Assembly (NCBI GenBank): GCA_043718025.1
Contig: JAYSWN010000165.1
Span: 1-51,920, forward strand
From: Pseudomonadota bacterium
GTDB lineage: Bacteria > Bdellovibrionota > FAC87 > UBA2466
Direction of reading: 5' to 3'
DNA: 51,920 nucleotides
Shown: positions 47,558 to 51,920 of the stretch, piece by piece
How the letters are laid out: every line of letters starts with the position of its first letter
How positions within the stretch are numbered: position 1 is the first letter of the stretch
The notes under the pieces: generated by a model
The model's input: only the letters and a program-made list of their open reading frames with translations
Database searches by the model: none
Told to the model about the DNA's origin: nothing
Position numbers and translations under genes: made by a program

Positions 47558-47863
47558 TTGATAATGCGGTGTGTTTTAAGTATTTTAGGTTTGATATTAA
47601 TGACTTTTACGCTGGCGCGCCCTCTCTCGGCCAGCCCCGAAGGCGACGTCAAAGGGGCGCAGCCGGCGATCTGTTCTGACCACTTAATCGCCGATTCGAC
47701 AGACGACAATGGAGTAACGGAACCTGGGCGCCGGATTGCGGATTCAAACCCCGACGCCGGCGGAAATGGCGGCGGTGGATCGGGCAGTCGCGGCTTCGAA
47801 GAGGGCGGCGGCGGATCGGGCAGTCGCGGTTTCGAAGAGGGCGGCGGTCGAGGCGATTTTTAA
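47558..47863 (+). CDS. Small secreted Gly-rich repeat protein
   Basis: Signal peptide ending LSA; two IADS motifs; tandem GGGGSGSRGFEE. Confidence 0.55.
   Translation: MIMRCVLSILGLILMTFTLARPLSASPEGDVKGAQPAICSDHLIADSTDDNGVTEPGRRIADSNPDAGGNGGGGSGSRGFEEGGGGSGSRGFEEGGGRGDF
47768..47848 (+). repeat. 36-bp in-frame tandem repeat (2 copies plus a partial third)
   Basis: GGCGGCGGYGGATCGGGCAGTCGCGGYTTCGAAGAG at 47768 and 47804. Confidence 0.9.
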
Positions 47864-47952
47864 GAGCTGACTGATCGGAATAGATCGCACTCTTTCGGAA
47901 TCTTTATCCTTTGCATTCACCTATTATTTGTCTAGCTTAGGGCACTTTCCGT

Positions 47953-48029
<77 letters not shown>

Positions 48030-48123
48030 TTTGATTTCAGGCTAAGTCAGTTCAAAGAACCTAAATCCCTAAAATTCAATACGAATGGTTTCAACGACTT
48101 GAAGGTATGTGCTCCGAGGAATC

Positions 48124-48187
48124 ATCACAGAAAATCACGCATAATCACGGGGTGTGGCTACCGTTTGGCTACTTTTTGGCTACCGTA
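48124..48187 (+). repeat. Phased short direct repeats (ATCAC x3, period 10; TGGCTAC x3, period 11), att-arm-like
   Basis: ATCAC at 48124/48134/48144; TGGCTAC at 48155/48166/48177. Confidence 0.75.
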
Positions 48188-48444
48188 GAATGCGGCTCTC
48201 TTTGATGTCATCAGCAGCGTCGAGCGAAAGTCCCACGCTCGGGCCACGCTTGATCGCAAGCTAATCAATCGAATTCCAACGAGGCCTTCCGTGCCCCGAA
48301 GGAGACAGCGGCTTTGGCACCACGTTGAGCCCTTTCTTGCACGGTACGCCCTCAGATGAGGGTTTCATCGGCGTCGGTGCGCTTTGTTGTTGGTTGCACT
48401 GGTTGGGTAGAATTAGACGGCTTTTCATTACACCTCACGATGCA

Positions 48445-48918
48445 TTACAACTGCCAGCAGGTACGCGTCGTGGCACCCATGCTACGGAAATAGTCGAGCT
48501 TGTCCTGCGCTGGGAGAATCCAGCATTGGGGCACATTGATAAAGCCGATGTGCGGATAATAGCGCTCAGCTTCCGGAGCTGCGGTCAAAACCAATGTCGC
48601 AAGCGGACCGCCCAGCAACTGCGTCCGTTTAATTATTTCCCTGCCTATGCCATGCCTTTGATGGCTTGCGCGGACGGCAAGGCAGTGCATGTACGTGACA
48701 CAACTATAATCAGTAAATGATCGACCTATGCCGACGAGTTGCGATTCGTCCCAGGCCGTAACGATCAGGTTGGCAGACTCGATCATTTTCTTCATACGCG
48801 ACCTATCATGGACAGGGCGTCGTTTAGCCAGCGTTGATTTCACGTAGAGGTCGATAACCTCGTCCAAATTAAGATCGCGGCCGACTTTGTAGTTTATTTG
48901 TGTCTCCACCAGATTCAC
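48445..48918 (-). CDS. GNAT family N-acetyltransferase
   Basis: LVGIGRSFTD, LAVRASHQRHGIGREI acetyl-CoA motif, YYPHIGF; GTG start behind GGGGAGG SD. Confidence 0.88.
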   Translation of the reverse strand: MNLVETQINYKVGRDLNLDEVIDLYVKSTLAKRRPVHDRSRMKKMIESANLIVTAWDESQLVGIGRSFTDYSCVTYMHCLAVRASHQRHGIGREIIKRTQLLGGPLATLVLTAAPEAERYYPHIGFINVPQCWILPAQDKLDYFRSMGATTRTCWQL

Positions 48919-48957
48919 GCATCCCTCCCCAAAAACGTGACGCCAGCTTAATTTCGT

Positions 48958-49006
48958 TCTGGTAGAAGGGAAATGACCAGATATATGAAATTCGGTTAGA
49001 CCAGAT
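48958..49006. promoter_or_regulatory. Putative MocR-family operator (two direct and one inverted ACCAGA)
   Basis: TCTGGT 48958-48963, GACCAGAT 48975-48982 and 48999-49006 in the divergent GNAT/MocR intergenic region. Confidence 0.55.
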
Positions 49007-50426
49007 GCGCGACTTCGTCGTTTCCATTCCAAGAGATAAACGCCCGCTTTACCTGCGAATCACTGCGGCGCTGCGCGATGCTATCAAATCAGGCTTAGTC
49101 CAGCCCGGCGAGCTACTACCATCGTGTCGGAGACTCGCAGTGCAGATCGGAGCAAACCGACTGACCGTGATGACAGCCTTGGATAACCTGGTGGCGGAGG
49201 GCTGGGTGCACGCCGAGCTCCGCAAGGGCTACCGAGTCGCGCTGATACTGCCGTCGCGCTTTTCGTCAGGTCCGGTGCCGACGGCGACAAAAAGCGTGGC
49301 GAGCGCCCCCCGTATGGTCCCAAAGGCGCCGAAGTTGCACTGGGACTTCCGCAGTGGACGACCGGACCTCCGCCTTTTCCCGTTCGGCGAGCTCAAGGCG
49401 TCGCTGGCCGAGACGATGCGACGCTGTACACCGGCACTGCTCGATCTCGGCGACCCGCTTGGTCATCCGCCGTTCGTGCGCGAGCTGAAGTGCTACCTCA
49501 GGCGCGTGCGCGCGCTCGCGGGTCGCGAGTTGATCGTGACACATGGTTCACAGGAAGCGATTTTCATCACTGCGCAGGTGCTGCTGCAGCGAGGCGATGT
49601 TGTCGCGGTCGAAAGCCTCTCGTATCCATCAGCGCGCGCGGCGTTGGCTTCGACAGGCGCCGTCCTCCATCCCGTGGCGATCGACTCCGAAGGTCTGGAT
49701 CCCGAGGATCTCGCTAAGCTCTTAAAGCGTCGCCGTATCAAGCTCCTCTACCTAACACCGCTTCACCAGTATCCGACTACAGTTACCCTTTCCTCACCGC
49801 GGCGCTTGGCTATCTACGAGATGGCGGTGCGGAACGGGGTCAAGATCTTGGAGGACGATTACGATCACGAGTACCACTATCGCTGCCAACCGCTGCCGCC
49901 CATGGCCGCCGACGATCCCGCGGGGATCGTCGTCTACGTTTCGACGCTATCGAAAGTACTTTTTCCATCATCGCGTATCGGTTTCGCGGTCCTACCGCCA
50001 GGCCTCTTGAACGACTTCGCGGCGGTGCGCAGGATGACGACGACGCAAAACGATGCTCTGCTTCAGGATGCCGTTGCGCGCTGGATGCGTAACGAGGGCT
50101 TCCAACGGCATTTGAATCGGACTCGTCGTACCTACGAACGTCGGTTGTGCGCCGCAATCGCGATGCTCGAACGACAACGTGCTGCAGACTTGCCGTTAGC
50201 ATGGCGTCCGCCCGATGGCGGCATGGCGATCTGGCTCGACACGCCTTGGGATACGACACAACTCGCCAACGCCGCTGCGGCGGCGGGGATTCTTATCCAA
50301 CCCGAAGGGCCGACACGTACTGACAGAGGAAGTGGTTCACATCTCCGCCTCGGTTTTGCTGGGCACAATGAGCAGGAGATGGCGGCTGGGATGGCACGAC
50401 TTATCGAGATCGGCCGGACACTTTAG
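49005..50426 (+). CDS. GntR/MocR family PLP-dependent transcriptional regulator
   Basis: N-terminal wHTH (PGELLPS.R.LA...GANRLTV..A...LVAEG); aminotransferase domain with TPLHQYPT, EDDYD, STLSK..PSSRIG. Confidence 0.93.
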   Translation: MRDFVVSIPRDKRPLYLRITAALRDAIKSGLVQPGELLPSCRRLAVQIGANRLTVMTALDNLVAEGWVHAELRKGYRVALILPSRFSSGPVPTATKSVASAPRMVPKAPKLHWDFRSGRPDLRLFPFGELKASLAETMRRCTPALLDLGDPLGHPPFVRELKCYLRRVRALAGRELIVTHGSQEAIFITAQVLLQRGDVVAVESLSYPSARAALASTGAVLHPVAIDSEGLDPEDLAKLLKRRRIKLLYLTPLHQYPTTVTLSSPRRLAIYEMAVRNGVKILEDDYDHEYHYRCQPLPPMAADDPAGIVVYVSTLSKVLFPSSRIGFAVLPPGLLNDFAAVRRMTTTQNDALLQDAVARWMRNEGFQRHLNRTRRTYERRLCAAIAMLERQRAADLPLAWRPPDGGMAIWLDTPWDTTQLANAAAAAGILIQPEGPTRTDRGSGSHLRLGFAGHNEQEMAAGMARLIEIGRTL

Positions 50427-50427
50427 C

Positions 50428-51054
50428 GCCCCGGATAGTTGGCAAGAGGTTCGCCACCAAGCCGATAGCGCCGAGATACACATCGCCGATGTGAAAACCG
50501 ATCAAGGCTGTGTACTAGAATTCCAACATTCACCCATTAAGCCTGAGGAGCGCCGGGCTCAAGATGCTTTTTACAAAAAACTGGTTTGGATCGTGGACGC
50601 GACAAAGCGAAAGCGTGACCGAATCAAGTTTCAAAATTTGTTGAAGGAGGGGGTACTGGTTTACGAGAAGACGCCGGTGCTGAAATTGAGAGGTTCTTTA
50701 GGGGAGTGTGCGCTGCTGAGGGATTGGGCCGATAACCCTACGCCAGTTTTCTTCGATTTTGGTGAGGAGTCGACGCTTTGGTACCTTCTTCCCCAGGCTT
50801 CCCCCACAATCGCGTACGTCGTGAAGTTCTCGCGCGAGTACTTCATACAGCTCCACCGAGATGGAATGCCAATGGCTCAGCAATTCGATTTCTGGTTCAC
50901 GGAACTGGGTAGACTCATTTCGAATTACGAATCAAATCTTCGAGGTCAGGCATCTCGCCAACCTCGTTTGCAAGTTCGGAGTGGTCGTCGCTATCCACCG
51001 CAGACCTTCCTACCGCATTCTTCTGGACGTGCGCGGTTGAAAAACCGCTTATAG
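50428..51054 (+). pseudogene. 5'-truncated CoiA-like PD-(D/E)xK nuclease
   Basis: WQEV...HIADVKT..VLEFQHS and LVWIVD motifs; N-terminal zinc-finger part absent, frame starts right at the MocR stop. Confidence 0.65.
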
Positions 51055-51082
51055 GTGTGCCCCGCTCGCAGTCAGAGAAGTC

Positions 51083-51529
51083 CTACTTCTTTAAAAGGCG
51101 TTTGGCTCCGGACAACCAGGAGCGTTTCTTCTTAGAAGGCTTCGGTTTTGGTGTGTCTTCACTCGAACTTTCGGCTTCCTTATAGAACCGATCTTTTGCA
51201 GACTTGTCTGCCGTTCGACCACTTTCAATTCTCGATTGAGACCATTTGGAGGCCCACTCCACTTTGTTTTCAGTGATCCAGTAGTGCGATTTGCACGGAA
51301 GGCTCCAGTTTCCAATGGAGGGACTAAGTGACACAGACACTCCATTGAAAACCAACTTCCAGTCTGTGGGCGTAATTGGCGTAACCACTTCACTTCCACA
51401 CCCGCAACAGCACCGGTGCGACGCCGTCGCGTACTGCACTGAAATGTAGATAACCCCATCCGATAAATCCTTCGGAATGAACTCGACGAATTCATGTCTT
51501 AGTTTTTCATATTTCAGTTTTGTCTTCAT
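51083..51529 (-). CDS. DUF6527 family protein
   Basis: FVEFIP..L..GVIYIS....ASH.CCCGCG.EVVTP...W.....VSLSPSIGNWSLPCKSHYWI. Confidence 0.85.
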   Translation of the reverse strand: MKTKLKYEKLRHEFVEFIPKDLSDGVIYISVQYATASHRCCCGCGSEVVTPITPTDWKLVFNGVSVSLSPSIGNWSLPCKSHYWITENKVEWASKWSQSRIESGRTADKSAKDRFYKEAESSSEDTPKPKPSKKKRSWLSGAKRLLKK

Positions 51530-51824
51530 TTCCAAGGATATTCCCATCTATCGTGTACGTGCAGAAATGTTCACGCTCGAAGTCGAGATAGAACCCCAAA
51601 TATTTCTTCCATCTAATTACAGCCAGCGCTGCGTTAAGAGCATTTAGATCTGCAATTTGAATATTTCGGTTGTACTCATTGTTGGCGTCGCCGCCGAAGA
51701 ATGGAATTCGGTTTGACTCACGCACATGCTCTCGCTTCATTTCAGTGCTTGTTGTTACTCGAACGATTCCGCCCAACGAAGCATTATCGGACAAATATAG
51801 ACCCATGCCGACGTCGATAAAGGG
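51507..51824 (-). pseudogene. C-terminal fragment of ThiF/E1-like adenylyltransferase, interrupted by IS
   Basis: PFIDVGMG...LGGIVRVTTS...EYNRNIQIADLNALNAALAVIRWKK..GFY; frame begins exactly at the IS terminal CA. Confidence 0.8.
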
Positions 51825-51920
51825 TGGAGTTGTCCCCGTTTAGACGAACACTTCTTGGGTTAAGTTAATGCCTCTCGGTACTCCAGAGGCGACTTCATTT
51901 GCAAGCCCGAATGTGGATGA
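51825..51920 (-). mobile_element. IS3-family (IS2-like) insertion sequence, right end, partial
   Basis: Minus strand 51919-51860 encodes HPHSGLQMKSPLEYREALT*, a typical IS3 transposase C-terminus, followed by terminal repeat ...TAAACGGGGACAACTCCA ending in CA. Confidence 0.85.

Larger units (their letters stand above)
48030..51920. mobile_element. Left part of a genomic island integrated at tRNA-Val
   Basis: Begins at tRNA 3' end; att-like phased repeats; mosaic of accessory, truncated and IS-disrupted genes; integrase not within the window. Confidence 0.65.

Noticed and set aside
47768..47848. Possible CRISPR array (36-bp repeat)
   Set aside because: Copies are directly adjacent with no spacers, lie in frame within an ORF, and there are no cas genes
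48325..48720. 131-aa plus-strand ORF in the island
   Set aside because: Largely antisense to the well-supported GNAT gene; not an integrase or the missing CoiA N-terminus
50215..50427. Apparent MocR/CoiA overlapping genes
   Set aside because: This segment is an off-frame read of the MocR gene; CoiA-like motifs start only after the MocR stop

Overview
Bacterial chromosomal window, inferred from gene content to come from a Bdellovibrionota-like or other deltaproteobacterial lineage. The first ~48 kb is core-like. It holds housekeeping genes (folD, coaE, purT, rapA), many secreted or periplasmic peptidases (met-zincin lipoprotein, M20, M28/M42-like, M13-like, an M16 pair, papain-like C1) and a carotenoid operon (crtY, crtE, a single-ORF crtI-crtB fusion, and a His-motif membrane protein). 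It also holds an ECF sigma/anti-sigma operon whose promoter motif recurs in front of a nearby lipoprotein gene, and a cluster of heme-protein/YceI genes. The most unusual locus is a tightly coupled 8-gene operon at 28.7-36.0 kb: ABC exporter pair, S24/S26 peptidase, nucleotidyltransferase, a PqqD/RRE-like protein with a leader/core-like C-terminal tail, cupin oxygenase, GT-C glycosyltransferase and HPr-kinase-like P-loop protein. It looks like an uncharacterised RiPP-type or peptide-modification system with no cyclase or radical SAM enzyme. After tRNA-Val(GAC) at 47953-48029 a genomic island begins, with att-like phased repeats, a GNAT/MocR pair, a truncated CoiA-like nuclease, and a DUF6527 gene next to a ThiF/E1-like gene that is interrupted by an IS3-family element at the window edge. 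All calls are from motif reading only; no database searches were run.
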